From Octopus sinensis (taxonomy: Eukaryota): a stretch of 64,000 bases of DNA. Below the pieces are notes generated by a model, which ran no database searches, was not told where the DNA came from, and was given only the letters and a program-made list of their open reading frames with translations. The number at the start of each line of letters is the position of its first letter. The first letter of the stretch is position 1. The stretch spans positions 14,446,001 to 14,510,000 of the forward strand of contig NC_043009.1 in NCBI RefSeq assembly GCF_006345805.1. Reading direction: 5' to 3'. Below, piece by piece: positions 1 through 15,622 of this stretch. Position numbers and translations under genes: made by a program.

Positions 1-944
1 AAGAAGAAGAAGAAACAATAAAAGCTAAAAAACAAATGAAATCCGAACTAAAACTAGAACAGCAAAAAACATGATAAAACGATGGCAAGAAAAGACCCTT
101 CATAGAAAATACTGGACTAAACTAAATGCAAAAGAAATAGACAAATAAAATCCCAGCAATGGTTGAGAAGCTCAGGACTCAAAGCAGAGACAGAGGGATT
201 TTTAATTGCAGCACAAGATCAAAGCCTCCCCACCAGAAATTTCCAAAAACATGTAATGAAAAGAAATATAACAAGTAACTGCAGAATATGTGGAGATGGA
301 CAAGAAACAATAAATCATATTATCTCTGGCTGCCCAGTCCTGGCTAAGAAAGAATATATTCACAGACATGACAGAGTTGGGATCTACATACACTGGAAGC
401 TATGCCAACATTATGGAATAACAACAGAAAAATGATGGTATAGGCACACACCAGAAAAGGTCACAGAAAACGAGAAAGCAACCATACTCTGGGATATGCC
501 AATACACACAGATAGAGAAATTAAGGCCAACAGACCAGATATAGTTGTCAGAGATCATGAAGAAAAAAAATTCTTTCTAATTGATGTATCAATACCGGCA
601 GATGACAACGTGTCTCTAAAAGAAATGGAGAAACTGTCAAAATACAAAGACCTGGAAATAGAGGTAACCAGAATGTGGATCTAAAAACAGAAACAGTTCC
701 TATCATAGTAGGTGCATTAGGCATGATAAAAAAATATTCAGACAAATACATAACAAAAACACCAGGACTTACAAACACATATAACATACAGAAAATTGCA
801 CTACTAGGCACTGCACACATCCTACGCAGAACACTTCCATACAATAACCATCAGAGAATCACAACAAATCACAGCACATACACAAGGCACACAGAGCTGC
901 GCTCGGTAGTGAAGTGAAAGCACGCTATAAAAATTAAACTACTG
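1..944 (+). mobile_element. R4/Dong-clade non-LTR retrotransposon, 3' part (zinc knuckle + RLE endonuclease), frameshifted, continues upstream of window
   Basis: Split ORFs give CRICGDGQETINHIISGC (CCHC knuckle), RPDIVVRD...LIDVSIPADDN...EKLSKYKDL (restriction-like endonuclease) and PIIVGALG...KIALLGTAHILRR. The 3' end aaactactg runs directly into (AAT)n at 945. Near-identical to 62150-63110. Confidence 0.9.
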
Positions 945-971
945 AATAATAATAAGAATAATAATAATAAC

Positions 972-1015
972 ATCTGGAACGGCTCATGTACTGAGAAGAG
1001 CATTATCGCTGTGCA
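972..1015 (+). mobile_element. Tiny 3' fragment of a second R4/Dong-like family
   Basis: ctggaacggctcatgtactgagaagagcattatcgctgtga translates to GTAHVLRRALSL*, the conserved ORF terminus. It starts right after the (AAT)n tail of the preceding element. Confidence 0.55.
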
Positions 1016-1199
1016 AACAACATCCATTCATGCATTTATTTATTCATTAATTTTTTAAATATATATTTTACCTGTGAATTTGCGTGTGTAATCTGGGAAT
1101 GCATACAATGAGCTTCTCTGCCCTAGGTGTACGGAAAACACTCGGCGAGAAACGGAAGAAAATTTGAAGAAAGAAGGAATAATAATAGTAATAATGATG

Positions 1200-1264
<65 letters not shown>

Positions 1265-1269
1265 GATTT

Positions 1270-1615
1270 TGAAATAGAAACAAATATGACTCTTCAATGG
1301 TTAGCCGTTAAAACAGTCATCTTCGTTACAGCAGCTCAGGGTCAGAGTCTGTCTATCAGAAACTACCTACCCGACATTCTTAAAAATTATGCTGATCCTA
1401 AGATCATTTGGAAAGTCAAGTAATTATAAGAAACTCGAAATAGGGGTTTCAGAAATGTGGCATACAAGAATAGCAGTTGTACCTGTGATCATCGGAGCTT
1501 TGGGGACAATACTAAATAACAATTCCAAAATATTGGATAGCGAAATATATTAGAGTTACAAAGATTGTTTTCAGGAGTACTGATCACATACCAAGAAAAA
1601 CATTATCAACTTGAA
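1270..1615 (+). mobile_element. Internally deleted, degenerate R4/Dong-like fragment (third family)
   Basis: FVTAAQGQSLSIRNY (cf. FLIAAQDQSLPTRNY), then MWHTRIAVVPVIIGALGTI and a LQKIV..STDHIPRKTLST*-like end. It follows (AAT)n at 1180-1262. Confidence 0.65.
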
Positions 1616-1769
1616 AATACTTAATTCTCACAAAACTTTTTCAAAATTGGAATATTACAAATTTACCAAAATCTTATTTCTCGGATCCTGGTCTCCTTTC
1701 CCTACAATATGACTTAAAGCTACGCAAATGTACGTCTAGAACCACTTTAGAAGTCACTCGTCATCAAGT

Positions 1770-1900
1770 ATTGATGTAAGCGTTTTAAATGCCTCTTGGC
1801 CACTGGATTCTCCTGTCCTTGGCCCAATGGGCTAGTCATAGAATCGAGCCTACGATCTTGTGACCATGAGCCAATTATTCTAACCACTAAGTCAACTGAG
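1770..1900 (-). mobile_element. Degenerate tRNA-derived SINE head
   Basis: The minus strand reads gacttagtggttagaataattggctcatggtcacaagatcgtaggctcgattc, with A-box-like and B-box-like segments. Confidence 0.45.
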
Positions 1901-4509
1901 TACACTACAAGTAAATAATCCACTGATAGGTATTTAAATCCATTTTATTCCTCTCTGGTTTTGTGTTTGTGTTTATATACGCGTTACTGTTGTCGAAAAG
2001 TCGTACGTCAACCACAAGTTTTAAAGCCACGAACATCACCCCTGAAATAGTGTATCTATGACTATATAATTTCGAGTGTACTCTAAGACGGCAGGGTTTG
2101 AGAAAGATTTAGCTGCAACTTCTAGCAGGTTGAAAAACCATATAGTCTGTCCCTCCTCGTTAGCTAGTTGTATATACTTCGAACAACTTTCAGCGTTTGA
2201 TTTGGAATAAGATAATGTTATGTGTCTGTGTGTTCTGCATCATTTCTTCTAGCTCGCTGGGTGTCTATGTGTGCATTTTATTGTCTCGGATTTGTTGCTG
2301 CTGCCTTGTTTCTATTATAACTCGATTTATATCTGAAATGAACAATATGTATATAAATTAACTAAATACCACAAGGACATTTTCTTCGACACTCTACTAA
2401 TGCTGCTAAGCTACCACCAGTTCAGTTGAATTAAATGTACTCAACACATTCCAGCGGCGACAGTACACTTCTGTTATTCAGGAATGATAAATCGAGGAGA
2501 AGATTATCCAAAGTTTCCTTCTATGTTGAAAGAGTTGAAGGAGATTCGGCTACTTTATCTAGCACGTAAAGCGAACATCTCAAGGCTTCCCTCTGTTTTT
2601 TGTTATATTTTTAGTAATATTTTGTGTGGAAATAGACTTGATGCAGATAACAAAGGGTGACTGATGTGCAAACATTCGTGGCCACACACACATACACACA
2701 CACACACACAACACACACACACACACACACACACACACATTAACCACATTATGCCTTTTCATAAATACTGTTTGGATTCGCATTAAAAATCTGATAAAAT
2801 CACACTCACCCTTTGTTGCAGTTAAAACTCGTAATGATAAATTCGCATTATTTTTTCGTAGAATATAAGGTGGATGTGAGTAAGAGGTGTTAATAGATTT
2901 AGTTAGTTGATATATGTGGCTATGTGCTTATAAAAAGAAGTTTTTTCAATTAGACACAAGGCGTAGAATTATGAATTGGAAAACTGAGAATGAAATGATG
3001 AGACATTAATAGTTTGATTAACATGAGTAAAATGCAAATTATTTCATTGAATGTTACAAGAAAGAAGACCAATGATGCTAATGCTTGTTGCCGTCCCATA
3101 CCGGGCAAGTTGATATGGATGATGTTGAAACTTGTTTTGCATGTCATAGTATGTGGACAGTTAATCAAAATATAATAGTTGACCGAAAACATTGAATCAA
3201 CAATTTATCGAATTGTAGCAAATATTAAAATAATTTCTTTTCGAAAATGATTATACTGCCACACTTTATTGAAATATGTTTTTCATTCTTTTTTTTTTAT
3301 CAAATTGTAAAAAAAAGGTTTAGTTTATCTATATGTGTCTCTTGTTTATATATAAAGCTGCAAGCATTAGCTAACACACACACACACACAGACACAGCTC
3401 CATATATATGCGCAGTTTCCCCTTACGTGAAATTATAACATATTTTTATAATCTGCTTTCATTTATGCAGCATAACATTAACACCATTTCCAGATATTGA
3501 TGCAATTACCACAGATTTTGAACCAGTTACGATAAATGCGTCATAGGCGCATTTACTTAAATTATTCTGATTTTTGGACATTAAAAATAAAGACAACACG
3601 CACATAATCTATTACATTTTAATAAAGAATATTTTAAGAAAACTTATCAACATAACATTGATTTTTTCCTTGTCCTATTTTGTGTATATAGAATAATTTT
3701 GGCATTCGAGTATTTGTCAATTCGAGTAACTTTTATTTCAAAGAATTATCTTTTTCGATTAACCAGAGAAAATTAAAAGGAGCTTCTGTTTTGAGAGAGA
3801 AAAGATCGGTTAAGTTCTTCGTACACGTTTTTAAGGTTAACACATTCACTGAGAAAGTAATCCGCATAGCCTGTTTTGAATACGATTTATATATGAAGAA
3901 CTGCAAAATTGATTTTGACTATAATTTATATTTTTGAGCAACACTTCATGATTCGATAAAATTGAAAATAAAACAATAAATACACACAAACAGTGACATA
4001 CATAGACATGTATGTACGCTTCTATGTCTGTACATATGTGTGTGTGAGCTTGCATGCGTGTGTGTGTGCGTGTGTGTGTACGTGTGTGCGTACATGAGTG
4101 TGTTTGTGCGGGTTTCCCTACGTAATATCAAATGTTGACTGTACAGGGTTGATTATAGATGTGGTAGTGGTAGTGATGGTAGAACTGTTTTCGATGGTTT
4201 TGTAGTCTTGGCAATAAACTCGGTAGAGCTTTTGGAGTTGGTGGAAGTTGGGATGGTGGTGTTCCTTGTAGTGGTGTGTTAGTGGTTAAGGTGTTAGTGG
4301 ACATACGAGATACGTAGTATCAAACCACTTGGCCAAGGCTCACTTTCATAATGCATTTGGTTTATTTTCTCTATCGGCGAGAAATTTCATCCCATGTTAC
4401 TGAAGTCTACATTGCTGAAAATGATTACTCCCTCTCTTCCTCCAGTTGTCATACCATAAATGTGCTGCTTGTTCAAAGGTTGATGGAATTGTGAGAGAAA
4501 AAATATATA

Positions 4510-4905
4510 GGCGCAGGAGTGGCTGTGTGGTAAGTAGCTTGCTTACAAACCACATGGTTCCGGGTTCAGTCCCACTGCGTGGCACCTTGGGCAAGTGTCT
4601 TCTACTATAGCCTCGGGCCGACCAAAGCCTTGTGAGTGGATTTGGTAGACGGAAACTGAAAGAAGCCCGTCGTATATATGTATATATATATATATATATA
4701 AGTGTGTGTGCGTGTATGTTTGTGTGTCTGTGTTTGTCCCCCTAGCATTGCTTGACAACCGATGCTGGTGTGTTTATGTCCCCGTCACTTAGCGGTTCGG
4801 CAAAAGCGACCGATAGAATAAGTACTGGGCTTGCAAAGAATAAGTCGCGATTAAAGGCGGTGCTCCAGCATGGCCGCAGTCAAATGACTGAAACAATTAA
4901 AAAGA
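4510..4905 (+). mobile_element. Full-length tRNA-derived SINE, family A (octopus OK/OR-type)
   Basis: Head ggcgcaggagtggctgtgtggtaag...gggttcagtccc, body ccttgggcaagtgtcttc...gacggaaactgaaagaagcccgtcg, internal TA/TG microsatellite, tail ccagcatggccgcagtcaaatgactgaaac. At least 6 related copies occur in the window. Confidence 0.85.
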
Positions 4906-5269
4906 GATAAAAAGAGAAAAAGAGAAAGAGAGACTGCCTCTGACTGAAAAGAACTAACGAAACCATGGTACATATCAGCAAGCCGTATTCGTTCCCGGAC
5001 GACATCTGGCACTTTATATTTACGTATCTGTCTGTATGGCAGATAAGTCTGTAATAATCTCTCACGCCTAATACGCAGCCGATCCACGAACTGACAACAT
5101 AAACACCTTGTCTGTGTGTATTCGATTTTGTTTATAATTCTGATATTATTCAAAAGAAAGTAGAAAGTATATTTACTATGCCTATTAATTGGTATATCGT
5201 TATTGCTATGGTAACAGTCGTTATAACACATGTTGCAAGCATTTTCCAGACAAATATTTACTGAAGAAA

Positions 5270-5965
5270 AACAACAGCAATGGTAGCAACTTAAATAGTA
5301 GTAGTAGTAGTAGTAGTAGTAGTAGCAGCAGCAGCTGCAGTACAGCAGCAGTTGTAGCAGTAGTAGTAGTGGTAGTAGAGAAGCAGCAGTGGTGGTGGTA
5401 GTAGTAGCAGTTGTAGTGGTGGCGGTGATGGTTGTGGTAGTATCAGTGGTAGTTTCAAGAGTTGGCGTCTTTTGAGTAATTGTTACAATAACGGAAATTA
5501 ATATCTTGTACTTCACCAACAACTTAACAATCACTAGTGCCACTACTATAACGAACACCACCATCTCAACCTCCACTACCTCCAATACCTTTGCCATGTT
5601 CATTGCCATGACTACAACAGGCATCGTAATCAGCCCCAACATCATTACCGCTACCACATGTACAATCAATCCTGAACAACCGCCAAAGCCAGGACGAAAA
5701 TACCGTCGCCAATACACAATCACCACAAACTGCACCACTTCTACAACTACCTGTACAACTTCCATGACTACAAATACTACAACCACAGCCTTTATCATTA
5801 CAACCATCATGGCTACTGCTTCTGTGATCAATAATACAACTACATTAACCGCCGTCACGTCTACCACCACCACCACCAACAACAACAATACCAACAACAC
5901 CACAGCCACCACCACTACCACCGCCATCACATAGAGAATCAATAAATCCTATAACTACCACCACC
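5270..5965. repeat. Cryptic trinucleotide low-complexity tract (GTA/GCA/GTG, then ACT/ACC/ACA)
   Basis: Degenerate triplet repeats that generate Thr-rich and Val-rich pseudo-ORFs. Confidence 0.7.
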
Positions 5966-6401
5966 ACTGATGTTGCATATATATCTCGATCATGTAATCC
6001 TGCTATCAAATCTTATCACAAATGGTAACCTCAAGGAAGTAAACGCCGAAAGTCTTACATTTTTCTAAGCGGCACGGCTCAAGGACACGTAATATTGGAG
6101 GGAATGAGAGGTAAAACATCATGTCCACCTTTGAGAGGACACCAATACGTCTCTCTCAGTTTACTTTCAATGATGATCTGCTACATGCATACATACATAC
6201 ATGCATACATACATACACACATGCATGCATACATACATACATTCATACATACGTAGATACATACATACATACATGCATACATATATATATACATGGATGA
6301 AAACATTTTGACTAAAATTCCATGGTACTTTTGAGTTTGAAGCACGATACCAGTCTTCAGCCATTTTTGCTTATAATTATGTGTGTGTGTATATATATAT
6401 A

Positions 6402-7482
<1,081 letters not shown>

Positions 7483-7483
7483 A

Positions 7484-7762
7484 TAGATAGATAGACAGAT
7501 AGATATGTGTGTGTATGTGTGTCTAGAAGTTTAAAATGTTACACACGAGTTTATATGTATAAGGAAAATAGGACAAGGTACAAAATGCTAAAGTAATTTC
7601 ATCATGAAGAATATTTTAGTACCGGTTTTTGCGACTTTTTCAACTTAGAGTAAAACAAGAAAAACAAATAAATTGTGTGAAAATTTTGAAAATATTTCTT
7701 CAAGTTGAAAATTTTCTTCAAGATAAAATTATTGAACATTTTCTACTTTGTCCTAGTTTCCT

Positions 7763-7794
<32 letters not shown>

Positions 7795-7832
7795 ATATAA
7801 TATATATATATATATATAATATATATATATAT

Positions 7833-7906
<74 letters not shown>

Positions 7907-8173
7907 CAGATAGATATGTGTGTGTATGTGTGTCTAGAAGTTTAAAATGTTACACACGAGTTTATATGTATAAGAAAATAGGACAAGGTACAAAATGCTA
8001 AAGTAATTTCATCATGAACAATATTTTAGTACCGGTTTTTGCGACTTTTTCAACTTAGAGTAAAGCAAGAAAAACAAATAAATTGTGTGAAAATTTTGAA
8101 AATATTTCTTCAAGTTGAAAATTTTCTTCAAGATAAAATTATTTGAACATTTTCTACTTTGTCCTAGTTTCCT

Positions 8174-8175
<2 letters not shown>
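7484..8175. repeat. Tandem duplication (period about 410 bp) of a small foldback element with microsatellites
   Basis: 7484-7765 recurs at about 7895-8175 with only about 4 differences. Each unit has imperfect inverted ends: taaggaaaataggacaaggtacaaaatg / cattttctactttgtcctagtttcctta. Confidence 0.85.
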
Positions 8176-8213
<38 letters not shown>

Positions 8214-9339
8214 TACCGAAAACCAGTTGAAGTAATTCTCGTGTGTGTGCGTACAGGAGAATTGTTCTTTTCTGATTTGAATTGAAGTCCTTGGAAATGA
8301 TAGTTATTTTTCATGTATTCGGAACAAGAAGAGGACGACCACGTGGAGAGCGATGACTACAATCACCACACCACCACTATCAGTGACCACCAATAACAAC
8401 TCTCACATCATTCCAACGAGAACTCAATGTGGTCACTCAGATTTCAACATATGGTAGCCAAGTCTTTCTGAAATCATGGCATAGCTTCTACAAGAATAAA
8501 CGGTACATAAAATAATGTAAAACCAGATACACTATCTGAGACGAAGAGAGGTGGCCATTGCTGGAATGATTTCATTACAGACTTGATCAATTTCACGCCT
8601 GCACAGACTCTAAATAACAACAACAATATCCAATTTATCAAATTAATGTGGAGATTCTCTACGTTGTTGCTCGACTTTCTCTATGTAACAACGAATTTCC
8701 TTTCAGAACAATACTAATTATACTATGAGCCGCTCACTACCATACCAAAAAAAATTCAGCCCACAATTATAAACACAACAGCCACAAAAGCATGTAGCAT
8801 CATTTAATCTGCAGCTTTCACAGTAGAAGCACCAGCATCAGCGTCAGCCGCATCAGCATCAACATCAGCAACAAGAACAACTGCTAGATCAATAATCAGT
8901 GTGTAATCGAAGTCGCTACTATTACAGACAATAATTAGTGACTGTGGAGATGCTTGGGGTAGGAGTAATTTTGCTGATAATGATGATTGAGTTCGCTATT
9001 GTTCATAGAACGGCTGCCGTTTCTTTTGGTCAAGGCCAGAAAGTCTTTGAAAGTGCGTCTAGACTGGAACTAAACAAAAACGCCAAGACAAAACATCAGT
9101 TACATCAACACTAACGGGAATGACATTGACAAAATTACTATCAGTGACTGAATGCGGTTTATTTATAGTGTTATTAACTTCTCTGCCTCTAACCAGTTGG
9201 GACACTCCAACGAATCACAACGTTCATATTCTACTACTACCCCGAGGTACAAGAATATCAAATACTTTTATGGATAAACTTCAGAAAGGTTTCCACAATA
9301 TCATTCCTACGTAAATATAATCATTTTATACAATATTTT

Positions 9340-9918
<579 letters not shown>

Positions 9919-10284
9919 CAAACGGGAAGGAGGCGTGACAATATTATCAGCTGAGTCTATCGTCAATATTGTCACGCCTCCTTCCTTCAAACGGGAAGGA
10001 AGAGCTATTTTCATCATCCTTGTGGCTATGGCGAAAGAATGTATCTGGTGGACGCGTATGAAAGGATTGGAGACAAACACTTTCCTCTCTGGTCAATCTC
10101 TCATCAAACTCTTCAAGTACCACTTGAAAGGAAGTGAGAGTAGAGAGGCAAGTTTTGTCTAGCGAATGTTTTAAAAAAAGATGGGTGAATGTAGCAAGAA
10201 TGGCACGTATGAATGACGAAAGCCACCTTGAGCATAGTCCTATGAACCCAGAAATCGAAAACAGAGAGTTGCTTATTTGCAAAA

Positions 10285-10324
<40 letters not shown>

Positions 10325-10325
10325 A
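9919..10325 (+). mobile_element. Tx1/L1-clade LINE ORF2 C-terminal fragment with poly(A) run
   Basis: [37 protein letters not shown]...[10 protein letters not shown] / [22 protein letters not shown], homologous to the fragment at 20420-21100. An A-rich run occupies about 10285-10323. Confidence 0.75.
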
Positions 10326-10334
10326 ATATAAATG

Positions 10335-10651
10335 TGGACTTCATTGACCGAGGTTACCGTGGTCTTTTCCGTAGGCTTTTCTTTCCACGGGTAAACCTCA
10401 CCTGTCCTCCACTTTACACTTCATATTGACATTTCTGTGATAACGATCCCTATTGATCAATTTTTTTTCCTCTCCCCCTTTTTTTTTTTTTTTCTACCCC
10501 CCCCTTTTTTTTGTCCTCTTTCTCTCCTTTTACGATCCCTTTTGATCGAAACTCCCCCTTCCTTTTTTTTTTTTTTTAAACCTTCAAAAGAAAAGCTCTA
10601 CCTTGTAATTTGTTCTATCTGTGTGCAGCCCTGTGTGCTAATAAATAAACA

Positions 10652-10688
<37 letters not shown>

Positions 10689-10690
10689 GT
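10335..10690 (+). mobile_element. Short Tx1/L1-associated 3'-end element, copy 2
   Basis: Same sequence as copy 1. It ends ctaataaataaacat followed by (ATCT)n. Confidence 0.75.
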
Positions 10691-10692
10691 GA

Positions 10693-11075
10693 TACTATTG
10701 ACCGAGGTTACCCTGGTCTTTTCCTTAGGATTTTATTTCCACAGATAAACCTTATCTGTTTCCCCCTTTACACTTTACATGATGACATTCTGTGATACAC
10801 AATCCCTATTGATGCTTCTTTTTACAATTGTCTGCATTCTTTCAAATAAATAGATATATTTATTTAGAAGAATTCAAACAGTTTCTCTGTGCGTGCAGGC
10901 GCATACACTCAAACACACTCACGCACCCAACTACACACACATACAAACACACATGTTCATATATGTTTTGTCATATTAGTTATAGGCATAAATAGAAATA
11001 CCTTAGATTGTAATTTGTCCCCTCTGTGTTTAGCCCTGTGTGGCTAATAGAGAAACATATCTATCTATCTATCTA
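10693..11075 (+). mobile_element. Short Tx1/L1-associated 3'-end element, copy 3 (diverged)
   Basis: attgaccgaggttaccctggtcttttcc...gtgtggctaatagagaaacat followed by (ATCT)n. It starts in the tail of copy 2. Confidence 0.65.
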
Positions 11076-11188
11076 TGGGTAAAAGTGGCAAAAATGGTCA
11101 GTATGAAAGACGACACTATTTTAAGCGTAAATCTGTGACCAAAAGAGACAACGAGAGGTAAGGCGACTAACTCATGTGTTCATTTTCG

Positions 11189-11447
11189 AACTGTCTGAGG
11201 TGACCTTGGTCTTTTTTGTAGGTTTTTCTTTCCAGGGCTACACCTAAACTGTGAACTTTATTTATATATATATATTATATTTTTATACACCACACAACCA
11301 CCCACAGATCCCTATTGATCGAACCTTTTTTTTCTTTGTATATCCCACCCATCCCACCTCAAAAAGAAAAACGCTACATTGTATTTCACCCATTTATATT
11401 CTGTGTTTAGCCCTGTATGGCCACAATAAAATGTTATCTATCTATCT
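11189..11447 (+). mobile_element. Short Tx1/L1-associated 3'-end element, copy 4 (more diverged)
   Basis: ctgaggtgaccttggtcttttttgtagg...gatccctattgatc...gtgtttagccctgtatggccacaataaaatgtt followed by atctatct. Confidence 0.6.
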
Positions 11448-11965
11448 TTCGTTCTCTTTTTCCTTCTCTCTCTGTATACGCAAATATATTCATTCACTTT
11501 ATCTACTCTGTTTCTTTCGTTTAGTTTCGGCTATGCAATGGCAGCTCCGTCACGACTGTCGTCCATCAAATTGAATCCAGAACCTATTTTCAGTTTCGTA
11601 TTTACTGTAACGGCGTCTTTTGGCCGAATCGTTACGTTGCGGGAACGTAAATAACCTAAAGCCAAACGTCGTAAGACAAACACTAAGGTAAAGGCAAGCA
11701 CAAATACACGCAAGAACAAACACAGAACAAAGAAAATACACATGCGCGCCCACCTCCCCTGCACATGCACACGCACACTCGCGTGCACACGCACACACGC
11801 AAATGGTATGTTTACACAGTTTCTGTCTGTCAAATTCATTCACAAGAAATCAGTCGAACTGAGACTACAATGAAATAAATTCTTCCAAGGCTCAACACTG
11901 TTGTACCAAACCCAAAGAATCCTGAACCACATAGCGAGGAGCAAACTTCTTTATCACACAGCCAC

Positions 11966-12070
<105 letters not shown>

Positions 12071-12071
12071 G

Positions 12072-12113
<42 letters not shown>

Positions 12114-12216
12114 ATCTATCTATCTATCTATCTATTATCTATCTATATCTATCTATCGATCGATCTATCTCTAGCTTTCTCACTGACTCCATCTCCTTCC
12201 CTCCCTGTCTCTTTCC

Positions 12217-12259
<43 letters not shown>

Positions 12260-12260
12260 C

Positions 12261-12320
12261 ACATATAAGAGGGAAGATCACTAATTAGACATCCACTTAG
12301 TGGTCATCCCTCTTATATGT
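12261..12320. repeat. Mini-foldback of a PLE-associated terminus
   Basis: acatataagaggga (12261-12274) / tccctcttatatgt (12307-12320), with imperfect inner pairing. The same terminus occurs at 26931-26964. Confidence 0.7.
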
Positions 12321-12449
12321 ATGTAATATAATTTTTCTGAATCTTCAGATTTTTCAGTCTATAAGAACAGTGGTTTTAAATTGATATTAATCAAATTAAT
12401 ATTCAAATTTTCAACCTTATTATTTCGAATTTAAATTTATGAATATATA

Positions 12450-12482
<33 letters not shown>

Positions 12483-12502
12483 ATATTATATATATATATA
12501 TA

Positions 12503-12891
<389 letters not shown>

Positions 12892-13664
12892 CCTAACGCA
12901 TGTTGAATTCTTTATACAAGTAAGGTATTTCTATTTATGCCTATAACTAATATGACAAAGCATATATGAACATGTGTGTTTGTATGTGTGTGTAGTTGGG
13001 TGCGTGAGTGTGTTTGAGTGTATGCGCCTGCACGCACAGAGAAACTGTTTGAATTCTTCTAAATAAATATATCTATTTATTTGAAAGAATGCAGACAAAT
13101 TGTAATCATATTTCGTCCTGAAATAGAAGTTGTCAAAAAAATTAATGGAATCATTGTAATTGTATTTATATAGAGGCATATTGTATGCAATACTAAGAAG
13201 GAAAGCAAACGAAGATACAAGAAAAGAACGTTAAGAGGAAACAATGCAAGTAAGATGTATGACGATTGGATGAAATACAGTATTATTAGAGAATGGTTAG
13301 GTTTTATTTATAGATCAAAAGCAGAATGCTCGGTAGTACAGATTTTGCAAACTAAATATGAGAACAAACTGTTTATAAGAGAGTTAATTAATGCGGGATA
13401 AACAAGGAGTGTTTTAACGATAGAAGAGGTTTAAGGTTTAATTTTTAGTTAACTGGAATTTGATCTAGATGGGTGAAACATCGAAGCAATAAACTTCGCT
13501 TCTGTTTTAATAATATGAGAAGGTAAATCAAATGTTGTCATCTGAAACGTTGTGAGAAATGGTATAAACAATTCATAAATTATGTTGTGTCTGGGGAGAG
13601 TCATAGTGTCTCAATGCCTTATTATATAACACAAGCACCGGTTCGATTTCCACTCATTATATAT

Positions 13665-14040
13665 GCACATACGAGCAAAACAGCCCCGTCCAATGGCCGG
13701 TGATGAGTTGTCAAACATTTAAAAGAAACTTTCTCAAAACAACTTGTCCGACCATAGGCCTCCCTTTTGAGTAACACAGATTTACCCTAAATTTGAGACA
13801 CCAGCAAAAGAAGAAATAAAGATAGAATATTTTCTATTCAGAAGAGAAACGATTTTATTGCGCTTACAAATACACGTTCCCACTGCTTTATTGATCGCAT
13901 TCTCACCTGGAATCGATTTTGTAATTTTTTTAACAGTTATACACGCCCTGATACCATCAGTATCTACATATCAAATTTGAGCGCAATCGGATGGAGGATG
14001 CCCGAGATCCTAGAAGCCACACAGACAGACAGAACGGATT
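13665..14040 (+). mobile_element. Possible non-autonomous Helitron-like element
   Basis: The 3' end caaatttgagcgcaatcggatg...gatcctagaag...acagacagacagaacggatt runs into (TA)n and resembles the ends of invertebrate non-autonomous Helitron-type elements. No coding sequence. Confidence 0.35.
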
Positions 14041-14042
14041 AT

Positions 14043-14097
<55 letters not shown>

Positions 14098-15622
14098 TCT
14101 ATACTTTTCTCTAAAAATGTATGGCTAATGTCACTGAAAAAAGCATGTATGATTGCATTGGAAATATCACTTCTCATCCCTAGCCGGTGTTTGTCACGCG
14201 TAGATGACAGGTTACTACCCAGAAATTCGGGTCCATGTGTATTACGTCAGACTAGAGATGGGAACGATGATTTCCCTTTGCAAATACGGATAGGGCACAG
14301 ACAGTGCGTCATCAGCCAGCTGGAGGAGATGTCTTCCAGGGGCTATAATCTGCAGTAGCATCGTCCCATATGGGTCAGCCATATTTAGGTGGCAAATACA
14401 CTTCACGGTGTATATATAATTATATACATATATATATGTACATAAATATATATCCATATATACATGTATATACATGCACATATACACATATATACACACA
14501 TATATTGATACATATGTATATATATATATATATTTATATATACTTTATTTTAAGCAGCAGAAAATTCAACAAAATCTGTTACTCTGAGTTTCTCGTTGCC
14601 GTTCATCAGACAGTTTTTGCTAGAATGGAACATATATATTAATTCAATCTATACTCTTACAAACGCTACACCTTTAAAAAGAAATGGACTTGTTTGATTG
14701 GCCCTTTAGAAAAAACGGTCAATCTTCGAGCGATAAGCAAAAAGGTCAAAAATATATGTATATATATATAAAAAAACTTATAAAAATTATAAAATCCGAG
14801 GAAAAAACCGAGGAAAAAAACTATTGCCGTTAATGAAGACAGTACAAATTAATGCATAGAAATTAAACCTGTTATAAATACTGCAATACATATTTATATT
14901 AAAATCCACATATATATATCAACATACACAAAAGGATGCGCGTAAACGCCATACATACATATACAGACGTATGAATATGAATCTAAATTATACACATAAA
15001 AGCATGTGTACATATATTCACGCAAACCGTCTCGCACGCAAGCTAAAATTCATCTATGTAGCAATTCTCATATACTGAGCAAGGAGGGGGAACGAAAGAA
15101 AGGGAAAGAGAGAAAAAGGAACGAAGGAGGGGTGGGGAAAAAACTTGTAGCGATATTATTGGCATCTATAGAGGCCAGTATACATACACAAGTTTGAATT
15201 GATACATATACATACCGTCGTGTGTATGCGTGCTTAAGCACAAGCATACTTTCACTTACACATATGATCGCATGAGTTTGTATTGTAATTTCGTTTCCCA
15301 TGTTGATATTTTATGTTTCATATGAATTGTAGCTTTATTAGTGCATGTTCTAGGTAATGTAAGAACATGCTGAAGAAAACTAAAAACAAATGAATGAAAA
15401 ATAGTATCTATCTCATTACCTACATAAATTGTTTTAAATATGGACTTCCTACATTGAATAGTTCCTTTCTAAATGACTGGAATTTGGCGCAACTAAGAAG
15501 TAGAAATAATGGAGCAGCTAAGAAGTATAAATGTTCATAACGGCTACGTAGTAATTTTTATTGAATATGGCGTGTATTTTGATGCGCATACAACGTAAAT
15601 ATTGGGATTATTAATGCAGGTA

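Noticed and set aside
4851-5942. 363-aa minus-strand ORF and 142-aa Thr-rich (mucin-like) plus-strand ORF
   Set aside because: Both are produced by stop-poor degenerate trinucleotide repeats, and the long ORF runs through a SINE tail. No domain or splice support.
14255-14330. HHR-like string on the minus strand (CTGATGA...GAAA tcatc GTT)
   Set aside because: Helix I is only 2 bp, helix II is not closed coherently, and there is no repeat context.
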